From Centroscyllium fabricii (Eukaryota), in contig JBNRSN020000007.1 in the NCBI GenBank assembly GCA_051313645.2, positions 3,224,001 to 3,288,000 on the forward strand: a stretch of 64,000 nucleotides of DNA, written 5' to 3'. The stretch's first letter is position 1; each line of letters begins with the position of its first letter. The translations under genes were made by a program, and so were the position numbers. Of this stretch, positions 38,360-50,159 are shown one piece after another. Below the pieces are notes generated by a model that did no database searches, had not been told where the DNA came from, and saw only the letters and a program-made list of their open reading frames with translations.

Positions 38360-40655
38360 ATAGAAAAAGAAAAAGGGTGGCTAAAGTGAATGTTGGTCCG
38401 TTAGAGGACGAGACTGGGAAATTAGTGGTGGGGAACATGGAGATGGCAAAAATGCTGAACAAATATTTTGTATCAGTCTTTACAGTGGAGGACACTCAAA
38501 ATATCCCAACACTGGACAAACAGGGGGCTCTGGGGGGGGGAGGAACTAAACACAATTAAAATCACTAAGGAGGTGGTACTCGGTAAGATAATAGGACAAA
38601 AGGCAGATAAATTCCCTGGATCTGATGGCTTACATCCTAGGGTCTTGAGAGAAGTAGCGGTAGGGATTGTGGATGCATTGGTAGTAATTTTCCAAAACTC
38701 CCTGGATTCATTAAAGGTCCCAGCAGATTGGAAAACTGCTAATGTAATGCCCTTATTTAAAAAGGGAGGCAGACAAAAGGCTGGAAACTATAGACCAGTT
38801 AGCCTAACATGTGTGGTTGGTAAACTGTTGGGAGTCCATTATTAAGGAAGTAGTAACAGGACATTTGGATAAGCATAATTTAATCGGACAGAGTCCACAT
38901 GGTTTTACGAAGGGGAAGTCATGTTTGACAAATTTACTCGAATTCTTTGAGGACGTAACAAACAGCGTGGATAAAGGGGAACCAGTGGATGTGGTGTATT
39001 TGGACTTCCAAAAGGCATTTGACAAGGTGCCACACAAAAGATTACTGCACAAGATAAAACAAATCACAGGATGGGGGTAATATACTGGCATGGGTGGAAA
39101 ATTGGCTTTCTGACAGAAAACAGAGAGTTGGGATAAATGGTTCATTGTCGGGTTGGCAATCAGTGACTAGTGGTGATCCGCAGGGGTCAGTACTGGGACC
39201 CCAACTCTTTACAATCTATATTAACGATTTGTAGGAAGGGACCAAGTGCAACGTATTCAAGTTTGCCGACGATACAAAGATGGGAGGGAAAGCAGCGAGT
39301 GAAGAGGACATAAAAAACCTGCAAAAGGACATAGACAGGCCAGGTGAGTGGGCACAAATTTGGCAGATGGCATATAATGTTGGAAAGTGTGAGGTTATGC
39401 ACTTAGGCAGAAAAAAAATCAAAGAGCAAGTTATTATCTAAATGGAGAGAAACTGCCAAGTGCTACAGTACAAAGGGATCTGGGGGTCCTGGTGCATGAA
39501 ACACAGAAGGTTAGTATACAGATACAGCAGGTGATCAGGAAGGCCAATGGAATCTTGGCTTTTATTGCAAGGGGGATGGAGTATGAAAGCAAGGAAGTCT
39601 TGCTGCAGCTATACAGGATACTGGGGAGACCACACCTGGAATGGTGTGTACAGTTTTGGTTTCCATAATTAAGAAAAGATATACTTGCTCTCGAGGCAGT
39701 TCAGAGGTTCACTCGGTTGATTCCGGAGATGAGGGGGTTGACTCTGGAGATGAGGGGGTTGACTCCGGAGATGAGGGGGTTGACTCCGGAGATGAGGGGG
39801 TTGACTTATGAGGAAAGGTTGAGTAGGTTGGGCCTCTACTCATTGGAATTCAGAAGAATGAGGCGATCTTATTGAAACATAAAAGACTGTGAGGGGGCTT
39901 GATCGGGTGGATGCGGTGAGGATGTTTCCACTGATGGGTGAGACTAGAACTAGGGGGCATAATCTGAGAATAAGGGGCTGCCCTTTCAAAACTGAGATGA
40001 GGAGAAACTTCTTCACCCAGAGGGTAGTATGGGCAGCACGGTGGCACAGTGGTTAGCACGGTTGTCTCACAGCACTGGAGACCCGGGTTCAAATCCAGCC
40101 TCGGGTACTATCTGTGTGGAGTTTGCACATTCTCCCCGTGTCTGCGTGGGTTTCCTCCGGGTGCTCCGGTTTCCTCCCACAGTTCAAAGATGTGCAGGTT
40201 AGGTTGACTGGCCATGATAAATTGACCCTTAGTGTTAGGGGGATTGAATATGTGGGGTTACAGGGATAGGGTAGGATATGTGTCAGTGCAGGCTCGATAG
40301 GGATATGGGGACAAGGCAGGGACGGGGTACTGGGTTTGGATGATCAGCCATGATCTCATTGAATGGCGGAGAAGGCTCGAAGGGCTGAATGGCCTACTCC
40401 TGCTCCTATCTTCTATGTTTCTATGTAGTAAATCTATGGAATTTACTACCTCAGAGTTGTGGAAGCTGCAACATTAAATAAATTTAAAACGGAGATAGAC
40501 AGTTTCCTAACTGATAGGGGAATAAGGGATTATGGGGAGAGGGCAGGGAGTGGACGTGAGTCTAGGTTCGGATCAGCCATGATCCTATTGAATGGCGGAG
40601 CAGGCCCGAGGGGCCGTATGGCCGACTCCTGCTCCTATTTCTTATGTTCACTATA
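38360..40655 (+). mobile_element. 5'-truncated CR1 LINE (second subfamily) with a nested SINE and an internal 21-bp x4 expansion
   Basis: RT motifs; GGAGATGAGGGGGTTGACTCC x4 at about 39725-39805. Confidence 0.92.
40031..40425 (+). mobile_element. HE1-like V-SINE inserted in CR1
   Basis: Full head and tail; flanked by a GTAGTA direct repeat. Confidence 0.9.
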
Positions 40656-41484
40656 AACCGTTATTGAAATTCGGAATACAAGCTGTCGACTAAAGTAAAT
40701 GCTGCATTTAATTTCATGTCATGCACCAAAATCAAGCAACTCTGGTTGGCTGTAACACCCTGTTCAGATGCAGTCTCAGCTCGCCTCACACATTTAACGT
40801 GCTTTCACCCTAACCTCAGAGGGGCAGCCCTCCTGCCACCCCGCAATAAATTTGGTACGTCTCTTTCTCTCACCAGCCACCTCAATGTCCCTGGACGGAA
40901 CTGTCAGAATTAGAGACTTTCTCATCCGTTGTAAATTGTAGCAAGCCTCCCCAAACTCAATTAACCTCGGACCTTTAGGGAACATTAGAAGAGGATAGCC
41001 TGCCCGTCGGTCCGGCCTCTGATTGCTGGTGAGGGGACATTAAAACTGCTTGTATAAAGGGCTTGGTGGGTGTAAGTAGCACCAGGGTGGGCACCCTCTC
41101 GCACAGGCCGGCAGCCCGTCTTACACAACGTTTATTGTGGGGCTGCTGGAGACTCGTGAAGGAGCAGCCGGCAGCACAAACACTTGACTAAAACCATAAA
41201 CACAGGATCAGTGAAGGGACTGGCTACCCAGCAATGTGCAGTCCACAACTCTCTTTTCTTGAGTGTACAGGGAGAGGGAAAGGAGATTTTGCACATCATC
41301 CACAGCTCTGCTACATCTCACTTGGGCAAATGCAACAGTGCAAATAAACAGCCACCCTAACCAAATCGCTCGGGTGTATTCCTGGGACTTACAAAGAGAA
41401 GGTAAACTTTGAACTGGAAATATTACTCCAGATCTGGATGGAATGCCATTTGCAATTAAATTCAGTCTTCATGATTAATTAGAT

Positions 41485-42232
41485 GTCAGCCGTGGCTCAG
41501 TGGGCAGCACTCACTCTCCTCGGAGTCAGAAGGTCGTGGGTTCAAGTCCCACTCCAAAGACTTGAGCACAAAAACCTAGGCCGACACTTCAGTGCAGTAC
41601 TGAGGGAGTGCCGCACTGTCGGAGGGTCAGTACTGAGGGAGTGCTGCACTGTCGGAGGGGCAGTACTGAGGGAGTGCTGCACTGTCGGAGGGGCAGTACT
41701 GCACTGTCGGAGGGGCAGTACTGAGGGAGTGCTGCACTGTCGGAGGGGCAGTACTGAGGGAGTGCTGCACTGTCGGAGGGGCAGTACTGAGGGAGCGCTG
41801 CACTGTCGGAGGGGCAGTACTGAGGGAGCGCTGCACTGTCGGAGGGGCAGTACTGAGGGAGCGCTGCACTGTCGGAGGGGCAGTACTGAGGGAGCACTGC
41901 ACTGTCGGAGGGGCCATCTTTCAGATGAAACACGAGGCTCCATCTGCCCTTTCAGGTGAAGGCAACAGTTCCCATGCGCACTATTTTGAAGAAGGGTAGG
42001 AGAGTTCTCCCAGTGAACTGTCCAATATTTATCGCTTAATCAAAGTCAGTGAAACTATCTGGTTATTAATCTCATCACTGTTTGTGGGAGCTTTCTGTGC
42101 ACAAATTAGCTGCCATGTTTCCCCAAATTACAACAGTGACCACACTTCAAAAGTCCTTCATTGGCTGGAAAGCACTTTGGGACTTCCTGAGGTGGTGAAA
42201 GAGGCTGTAGAAACGGAAGCCTTTCTTTCTTT
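41485..42232 (+). mobile_element. Deu-domain SINE (SacSINE1/AmnSINE1-like) with an internal 33-bp array of about 10 copies
   Basis: tRNA head GTGGCTCAGTGG...GGTTCAAGTCCC; Deu-type motifs CAGTACTGAGGGAGTGCTGCACTGTCGGAGG and GAAGAAG...GAGTTCTCCC...CCAATATTTATC. Confidence 0.82.
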
Positions 42233-42514
42233 TGTCTAACCCGATCAATTCTGATGCCTGTTACACATAAATACTGAATATTCTATAACAAAATAAAAGC
42301 AGGAAATATTATTATACTGAACAAACAATCAAAAATCACCAATAGGGAATGCAGGAGAATCGTCTTTCCAACAGTAACATTTGCCGAGGCTCTCCAATGG
42401 TCAATGAGCTACAATGGGCACTTTAAAGTCTCAGTATGAACATGGGCACGAACAAAAAGATACTAAATCAATGATTTCCAAATGAATGCAGTAAAAGCCG
42501 GCTCCTGCACTGAC

Positions 42515-42666
42515 CTGCGTGGCCTCGCCTGATGCAGCGTCTCCAGTAGTGTCGTCAGGCCTCCAGTTCTGTCTGTCAGTGCTGCGGCTACGCAGAGGCC
42601 TGTTGGGGGGGTTGACAGGGGGATTCACGGGGCTAGCTGAAGCTGAACGAGGACAGAGATGAAACT
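42515..42666 (-). CDS. MAP7D3: Coding exon: (E)FHLCPRSASASPVNPPVNPPNRPLRSRSTDRQNWRPDDTTGDAASGEATQ
   Basis: Acceptor tttgtag, donor CAG|gtcagt; 152 nt, phase 1 to 0; CPRSASxSP motif of the MAP7 family. Confidence 0.9.
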
Positions 42667-43636
42667 CTACAAAGTTAGAATTTCAAACAGGAAAGTAAGA
42701 AAAGTGCAGAGCAAGAAAACAAAAGGAGAGAAAAAAAGAAATTGGACATGTTAGGAGCACAAATGAAAAGCAGAGTGCAGGCCGCCACACCCGATTATCA
42801 GACACCATCACCACGCTACGGTTAGTAATTCAGAAGGTGAAGGAACATTAAAAAAAAGGAAATGAACAAAATTGACTTTCAACTGCTAATTTTGCCATCC
42901 GTAAACAGCAAGTTATACAGCATTAAACCAGAGGACACCATAATCCAGTGAGATACACATAATACAGCAGAGATTTCACATCACAGGGACGGTTATTGAA
43001 GCTACGAGCGGAGAACATGCACACTGTGCTGCTGCCATTTGAGTTTCCATTAAAATGCAGTCCTGAGTGCAGCTACGGACAGTCCTATAAACAAGCTTCA
43101 CCCCAAAAAAGGAAGACACATTTTGTAAGAAGTTGAAGCATTAAAAGTACACAAAGCAGCAGTGGACGGGGTCTGGCTCCATGCAGCAGGTGCGCTGATA
43201 CAGTCAGGCTGCACATTCAGCTGCCAAGGGGTAATGCAAACCAAAACACAGGGCTTAAAAAATACGCTGCAGACAGTAAAAAGCAGCAAATGGAGATTTC
43301 AGATCGATGAAAATTAAATAAGCACCTGAAAAATCAAAACATATCTGCAAGCACTTGTCAGAACATTAAAACAAATCAGTATTTGAAAAGACCTCAATTT
43401 TTAACCAAAGATGCAGTATTGTCTCTTTTCAGATTTGCTCCAATCCTCCACCAACTACACTTCTGCCTGCCTTACCCAGACTGGAATTCACAACAGTCAC
43501 ATCTACAGGGACGGCGGGCACTGCCAAGCGCCATTTACAGGGCCGGCAGGCACTGCCAAGCGCCATTTCTTGCAACAAATGCTTTATCGATATACAGAGC
43601 TCAAAAAACATATCAAATTGGATCAACGCTAAAGGA

Positions 43637-43744
43637 CTGTACCAAGAGTGAGTAACAGCACCCAATACTCATCACTGTACCAAGAGTAACAGCACCCAAT
43701 ACTCATCACTGTACCAAGAGTGAGTAACAGCACCCAATACTCAC
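43637..43744. repeat. Tandem repeat of about 36 bp, 3 copies
   Basis: CTGTACCAAGAGTGAGTAACAGCACCCAATACTCA. Confidence 0.85.
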
Positions 43745-44759
43745 AAGGTGCTCACAGATTTTATGGAACATTTCTGTTAATATTACGGTTTCTGCAGTAA
43801 AACTCTTGTATTTGAAAGGAGCAATTCACACCGTTCTGAACTTAGTAACCATTACCCTGTTGTGGATAAATTCACACAGCCAGGAGAGGTTCTCGGAGGT
43901 TTGATGGGATTTTGAACAACCTACACAAGACTGCATCAAGTGTCGGGCTCTGGGCTTTGGACAAAGGATGCCCGGAGTTGAGAAGTTGCTCCTTCCTCTA
44001 AGCTGGACGATAGGAGGCCGGGAGGAAAAAAACCCATTTCAACAAAGTAACTGAGATTAGATTTTTTTTAAAGACACAAAAGGTTAGACCAGATCCAGTA
44101 GATTAAGTTGATCTCTCCCCTGTCTAATCTGAAAACAAGAAAGGCAAAAGAGAGAAAGAGAGGGTAGACGAGGTCAGATTAGAGATGCAGTAAATTGCTT
44201 TGTTTTCATTTTGTGACTGAAGTAATGTTTGATCTTAAACCCCAGCGGGGACAAAGGAACCACGGCCTCCTCGGGTTGGTCAGTTACTCCAAGGTTGGAG
44301 CTCACGTGATGAGATGCTGAAAACACACGGGAATCAAACATCTCGGGAAGCTTCGTCACCCCGAGATCTGCACAAACACAGCACCATTTCAAAAATCATC
44401 TCGTTTTTCCTCTCCCATTTTCATATTAACTGCATGACTAACCTCATCTAATAGAAACAGAAACATTGCAAACACTGGAAATCTGAAATAAAAACAGAGA
44501 ATGCAGGAATTACACAGGAAACGTTAGCGTGTAGTCACTCCTACAGATGCTGCAATCTTCGTGTATGTTCAGCATTTTCTGGTTGTATCTCATTGATTCT
44601 AATCTTTAATAATCTGATATTTCCTTTAATTAGCTCCGCCCAGATGTCACAAAATGATCTTTTGAAATAGTAAAACCTAGAGGAATGATTGAAATCTGTG
44701 GCAGGCCTGGAAAACGGAGTACCTTGGAGAAAGTAAAAAAAAAATTCATTGGGAAAAAA

Positions 44760-45775
44760 TATAAGAAATAGGAGCAGGAGTCAGCCACACGGCCCCTCGA
44801 GCCCGCTCCGCCACACGGCCCCTCGAGCCCGCTCCGCCACACGGCCCCTCGAGCCCGCTCCGCCACACGGCCCCTCGAGCCCGCTCCGCCACACGGCCCC
44901 TCGAGCCCGCTCCGCCACTCGGCCCCTCGAGCCCGCTCCGCCACACGGCCCCTCGAGCCCGCTCCGCCACACGGCCCCTCGAGCCCGCTCCGCCACACGG
45001 CCCCTCGAGCCCGCTCCGCCACACGGCCCCTCGAGCCCGCTCCGCCACACGGCCCCTCGAGCCCGCTCCGCCACACGGCCCCTCGAGCCCGCTCCGCCAC
45101 ACGGCCCCTCGAGCCCGCTCCGCCACACGGCCCCTCGAGCCCGCTCCGCCACACGGCCCCTCGAGCCCGCTCCGCCACACGGCCCCTCGAGCCCGCTCCG
45201 CCACACGGCCCCTCGAGCCCGCTCCGCCACACGGCCCCTCGAGCCCGCTCCGCCACACGGCCCCTCGAGCCCGCTCCGCCACACGGCCCCTCGAGCCCGC
45301 TCCGCCACACGGCCCCTCGAGCCAGCTCCGCCACACAGCCCCTCGAGCCTGCTCCGCCACATGGCCCCTCGAGCCTGCTCCGCCACACGACCCCGCGAGC
45401 CTGCTCCACCATTCAATGCAATCGTGGTTGATCATCGACCTCAACTCCACTTCCCACCTGATCCCCATATCCCTCGATTTCTCTGGAGTTCAAAAATCTA
45501 TCAATCTCAGCCGTGAATAGACTCAAAGATTCAGTATTCACAGCCCTCTGGGGCAGAGAATTCCACAGATTCACAACCCTGAGTGAAGAAATTCCTCATC
45601 TCAATCTCAAATGGGCGACCCCTTATCCTGAGACCCCTGGTTCTAGACTCTCCAGCCAGGGGAAACAACCTCTCATCATCGACCCAGTCAATCCCCCTCA
45701 GAATCTTGTATGTTTCAATGAGATCACCTCTCATTCTTCTAAACTCCAGAGAGTATCGGCCCATTCTACACAATA
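44760..45775 (-). mobile_element. CR1 3' fragment whose 3' UTR carries a 26-bp array of about 24 copies (44784-45408)
   Basis: Reverse strand YSLEFRRMRGDLIETYKIL; plus-strand unit GCCACACGGCCCCTCGAGCCCGCTCC. Confidence 0.92.
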
Positions 45776-46253
45776 AGGTCCTCAACTTACTGATTCAACA
45801 AATGTCTTTACTTTCTATTTCATCTTCAAAAAAGGAATTCCCCTCCTTTCAGCATCCTGCAGAGAACATTACACTGCAGTCAGCGGATTGGAGATGAGCC
45901 TGTAGCAGCCCCTAGCCCCCGCCCCCCTCCCCCACTAGCCCCCTCCCCCACTAGCCCCCAGCCCGAGATGGGCTATTCTCTGACTCTGGGAGGTAGTCCA
46001 CTTGGTGGCCGGGCTGGGAACTGACCAAGCTCCCTTGCGCAGTCACATTGGCTGAAGAGATGGGCACGAGCTGATGCCTCTTGGTCCATAGGTGGTGGAG
46101 CTGGTTCAGTTTATTGCGACATGTTAGCAGAGAGTATAATGCGGCCAAGAAGTAATGTGCACACAAGGTCAGCGTGCAGGCACAGGGTTACACACAGTCA
46201 CGTTCAGCAAGTGCTCGATGTTAGACATGCTGTCTTTGGTGGAAGAGAATTAC

Positions 46254-46379
46254 CTGCAGAACTTTGTCCAGCTTGTGATATAGCAGCAGCACTCTTGCTC
46301 CTAGCTAAAGAGGACTGTGTGGGGGTCAGCAGACGGATGATTATATTACTCTCCAGGGGACTGTTCTGGGAACGCCGAG
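46254..46379 (-). CDS. MAP7D3: Coding exon: (A)RRSQNSPLESNIIIRLLTPTQSSLARSKSAAAISQAGQSSA
   Basis: Acceptor ccctcag, donor CAG|gtaatt; 126 nt; RLLTPTxxxLARSKS is a hallmark MAP7 motif. Confidence 0.92.
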
Positions 46380-47388
46380 CTGAGGGACAGGAATAAATCA
46401 AAAAGGGAGTCAGCATGGTTAAACTGGGGGGGGAGAGAGAGGAGGGTTAAAATGATAAATCATGACAAAAGCATGTTAGTTAGGTTAGTGAATGCTTATG
46501 AAAAACAAAACCAAGAAAGGGTTAGAAACAAAAATGTTACTATCTCATACAGTAAGCTAACTGGGAGCAAACAATGGTCAAGTGGTAATAATGAAGGCAC
46601 GGTACATTCACAAACACAACACTCCAACCTGCTCATTAATAAAGATCAGCACAAATCTGCCAGATTCAGAGGTAAGGTGCGTTCAAACAGTAGGTGTGGA
46701 GGCAGGAACCCAACTGGAACGGCCACAATCCACGAGGCTACCTATGGTAAACAAATCCTGCCACAGCCTGCTCTGGTCAAGTGGCATAACGTAGTCAGAG
46801 AACAGCAGCAGCAGGAGGCATGTCTCTATTAAAAAACGGGAAGTTATGTTAAGAAGTACACTGTCCAGTGAAAGCCTAAGGGAGAAAAAATACTCTGAGG
46901 TTAGGGGTGGCTGTGTTACAAATCAGATTAGAATATTCTGTTAGCGAATTCAATGTTTAAGATCAGAGCAGTACGACCAGCAAGCAGACTACACAGTTGA
47001 AAAGATTTCCAAACTCAAGGTGGTTAATTATACACAGGGTGCAACAGGCTGACACTTGCATGGTTAAATCGCACAGGAAAAGCCTGAGCTGCTGGACGGA
47101 TACGACATCATGGTGTCAATGTAGGTCCTTCAAACTGTCACCATAAATAAGCAGAAAATCGAAAATCAATTTTCAGGTTGTTTCCCGATGATGAAAAATA
47201 AATATAATCAGCGAGGGTTTTACATACTTCAACTGGCGCGATTTTGAGCCACAGCACATCACATCACAAATTAGGGTAGAGATTAGTACAGGATTAAGAA
47301 AATATTAGGATCAAGTCAAATACATTTAATATTCATTTAACATTTAGATCATAGAACAGGGGAAAGTCTGATGCAAATTGTAAGCCAC

Positions 47389-47490
47389 CTTGCAGATCTT
47401 CCTTCCGGAGCTTGTGTGATTGAAGAGCCGATGAACGAGGGTTACTAGCCAATCTATTCAAGGAAGAGCTTCGCTTCTTCTCCGCTGAGC
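47389..47490 (-). CDS. MAP7D3: Coding exon: (S)SAEKKRSSSLNRLASNPRSSALQSHKLRKEDLQ
   Basis: Acceptor ttcttag, donor AAG|gtggct (weak); 102 nt, symmetric phase 1; RSSSLNR recalls human MAP7D3 KERSSSLNR. Confidence 0.7.
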
Positions 47491-48029
47491 CTAAGAATCA
47501 AGGGCATTGGCCATTATTCCTGTAACATCCTAACCAACAAAAATCACGTCCAAAACCTTTGGGCTCACATCCAAAATCTTAAAACCACTGAACTCTTATC
47601 TAATATCTGGCTTTAGATTAAAAGCACACTTAAAAATGTGATTGAAAAAACTGATGTAGAAAACGCCTGAAAGGCAACATGATTTTTCTTAAAAGGAGTA
47701 AATGAAAAATTAACATTACATGAAACAGCATGCCAAATGTCACTAGAAAGCATTTCTTGCACCTGCTTGTTCCACCTAAGACACTTTCTGTGGTGGCTGA
47801 GAGGTTTTACTACCCAAACTGTTTAATGAAGCACTTCTTCTCTTCAAAGATGTACCTAAAAATCAAGTGCAATTTCTGTTAATTGGATGAAGATAACTGA
47901 TCACTGCTCTGTAACAACCTAGCAACTGAGTAACAATCACGCTACAGAACCAAAGCTCAAAACCATGGAATCGTCTTTCAGTGCTGCAGAGACTCAGCGG
48001 TTATAATCAAAGAGAGCGTCTACATTTTG

Positions 48030-48768
48030 TGTCAGCCGCAGTTCAGTGGGCAGCACGCTCGCTTCCGAGTCAGAAGGTTCAAGGGCCACTCCAGAAACTT
48101 GAGCACAAAGTCTAGGCGGACACTCCAGTGCAGTACTGAGGGAGCGCTGCATTGTGGGAGGATCAGTGACGAGGGAGCGCTGCCCCTGACAGGGCAGCAC
48201 TCCCTCAGTACTGCCCCTCCGACAGTGCGGCACTCCCTCAGTACTGCCCCTCCGACAGTGCGGCACTCCCTCAGTACTGCCCCTCCGACAGTGCGGCACT
48301 CCCTCAGTACTGCCCCTCCGACAGTGCAGCACTCCCTCAGTACTGCCCCTCCGACAGTGCGGCACTCCCTCAGTACTGCCCCTCCGACAGTGCGGCACTC
48401 CCTCAGTACTGCCCCTCCGACAGTGCGGCACTCCCTCAGTACCGCCCCTCCGACAGTGCAGCGCTCCCTCAGTACTGCCCCTCCTCAGTACCGCCCCTCC
48501 GACAGTGCAGCACTCCCTCAGTACTGCCCCTCCGACAGTGCAGCACTCCCTCAGTACTGCCCCTCCGACAGTGCATCACTCCCTCAGTACTGCCCGACAG
48601 TGCAGCGCTCCCTCAGTACTGCCCCTCCTCAGTACCGCCCCTCCGACAGTGCAGCACTCCCTCAGTACTGCCCCTCCGACAGTGCAGTACTCCCTCAGTA
48701 CTGCCCCTCCAACAGTGCAGCGCTCCCTCAGTACTGCATCGATGGGTCCCCCTAGATTGCGTGCTCCA
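48030..48768. mobile_element. Deu-SINE head (+) fused to an inverted 33-bp array and SINE piece (-)
   Basis: Head at 48030-48165; orientation switches at about 48185; about 17 reverse units to 48738. Confidence 0.8.
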
Positions 48769-49410
48769 GCAAACCAATTGCGGTCTGAAGGTAGTGGACG
48801 TTGTATTGCTGGTTGTGAATTCTGGAACTGGCCAGATATAGCAAATCCCCTTAAATGGTCTGGGGAAGGTGGGCAATGTGGGTCTCAATAGAAAGATTAG
48901 TTTGCGGAGTTAAATGGCCTTCCTTCTCTGTACTTAGTTTTGTCATAACTTTTCAATGATGTAACCAGAAATTGGGTCACTCACAACAGGCTCTGAATAT
49001 AACTCCACTCCCTTTTATAGCGTTCAGTATTTGCAACAGATGCGGGATTGACAAATCTCTTTCTGTGATCCCAGCAGCTGGAATAATCACTCCATTTAAA
49101 TTGGGAGTGAATTTGGAGTCGGAAGCTGGGGGAGAAAACAAAGATCAGCCTGTCCCCCAGACGTCAACCAACCGGGATCGCCCCCCAAATCAGCTCAGCC
49201 GCTGGACAAGGCCCATCGATAACTTAAAAAAATAAGATAATCTGCAGCTGTAATATTATGCAGCACTTTTCTCCCCTCTCTCTTAAAAAAAAGCGGATTG
49301 TTTTCCGGCTGGGACCCGATGCAGCAGTTCAAACAGGTTGTGAAAAGCGGTCAGGTAGGGGGCGAGCTGGCTGAGGGACGAGAGGAGAGCAGGGCCCGAG
49401 CACACTCACA

Positions 49411-49805
49411 CGGCACGGTGACATAGTGGTTAGCATTGTTCCCTTACAGCACCAGAGACCCGGGTTCAAATCCGGCCTCGGGTACTATCTGTGTGGAGTT
49501 TGCACATTCTCCCCGTGTCTGCGTGGGTTTCCTCCGGGTGCTCCGGTTTCCTCCCACAGTCCAAAGATGTGCGGGTTAGGTTGATTGGCCATGATAAATT
49601 GACCCTTAGTGTTAGGGGGATTGAATGTGTGGGGTTACGGGGATAGGGTGGGATATGGGTCGGTGCAGGCTCGATGGGGATCGAGGGATATGGGGAGAGG
49701 GCAAGGACAGGGTACTGGGTTTGGATGATCAGCCATGATCTCATTGAATGGCGGAGCAGGCTCGAAGGGCCGAATGGCCTACTCCTGCTCCTAGTTTCTA
49801 TGTTT
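49411..49805 (+). mobile_element. HE1-like V-SINE
   Basis: Same family as 421-821. Confidence 0.9.
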
Positions 49806-50159
49806 AGACCCCAGGACGGGGAGTTAGACGAGCTCTCTCAGCACAGCCTGGGGCAAGTGTGAATAATCGAGGGGCTGAGCGGGATTTCATACTTTTGTCT
49901 TTCCGATCAGGTTCAGCCATGTGACCGTGTAAGCTACTCAGCCCCGGCATTTAAACACAAACACAACAATGCGCAAGACGACAAATAACAATTGGGATTG
50001 AGTGAGGAAGGTCAAAGAGCGAATGCCCACCAGTTACACAAATCTCTTTCATGCAAGAGACATAGAAACATAGAAGATAGGAGCAGGAGTAGGCCATTCG
50101 GCCCTTCGAGCCTGCTCCGCCATTCAATGAGATCATGGCTGATCTTTGGCTGAGATCAT

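Noticed and set aside
41485-41555. tRNA genes at SINE heads (also 8832, 40031, 49411)
   Set aside because: A and B boxes are present but there is no complete cloverleaf, and each continues into a SINE body.
43856-44367. Two possible extra minus-strand exons (about 44306-44367 and 43856-43920)
   Set aside because: Splice-like sites exist, but the phases do not restore the frame into exon 42666 and no MAP7 motif is recognisable.
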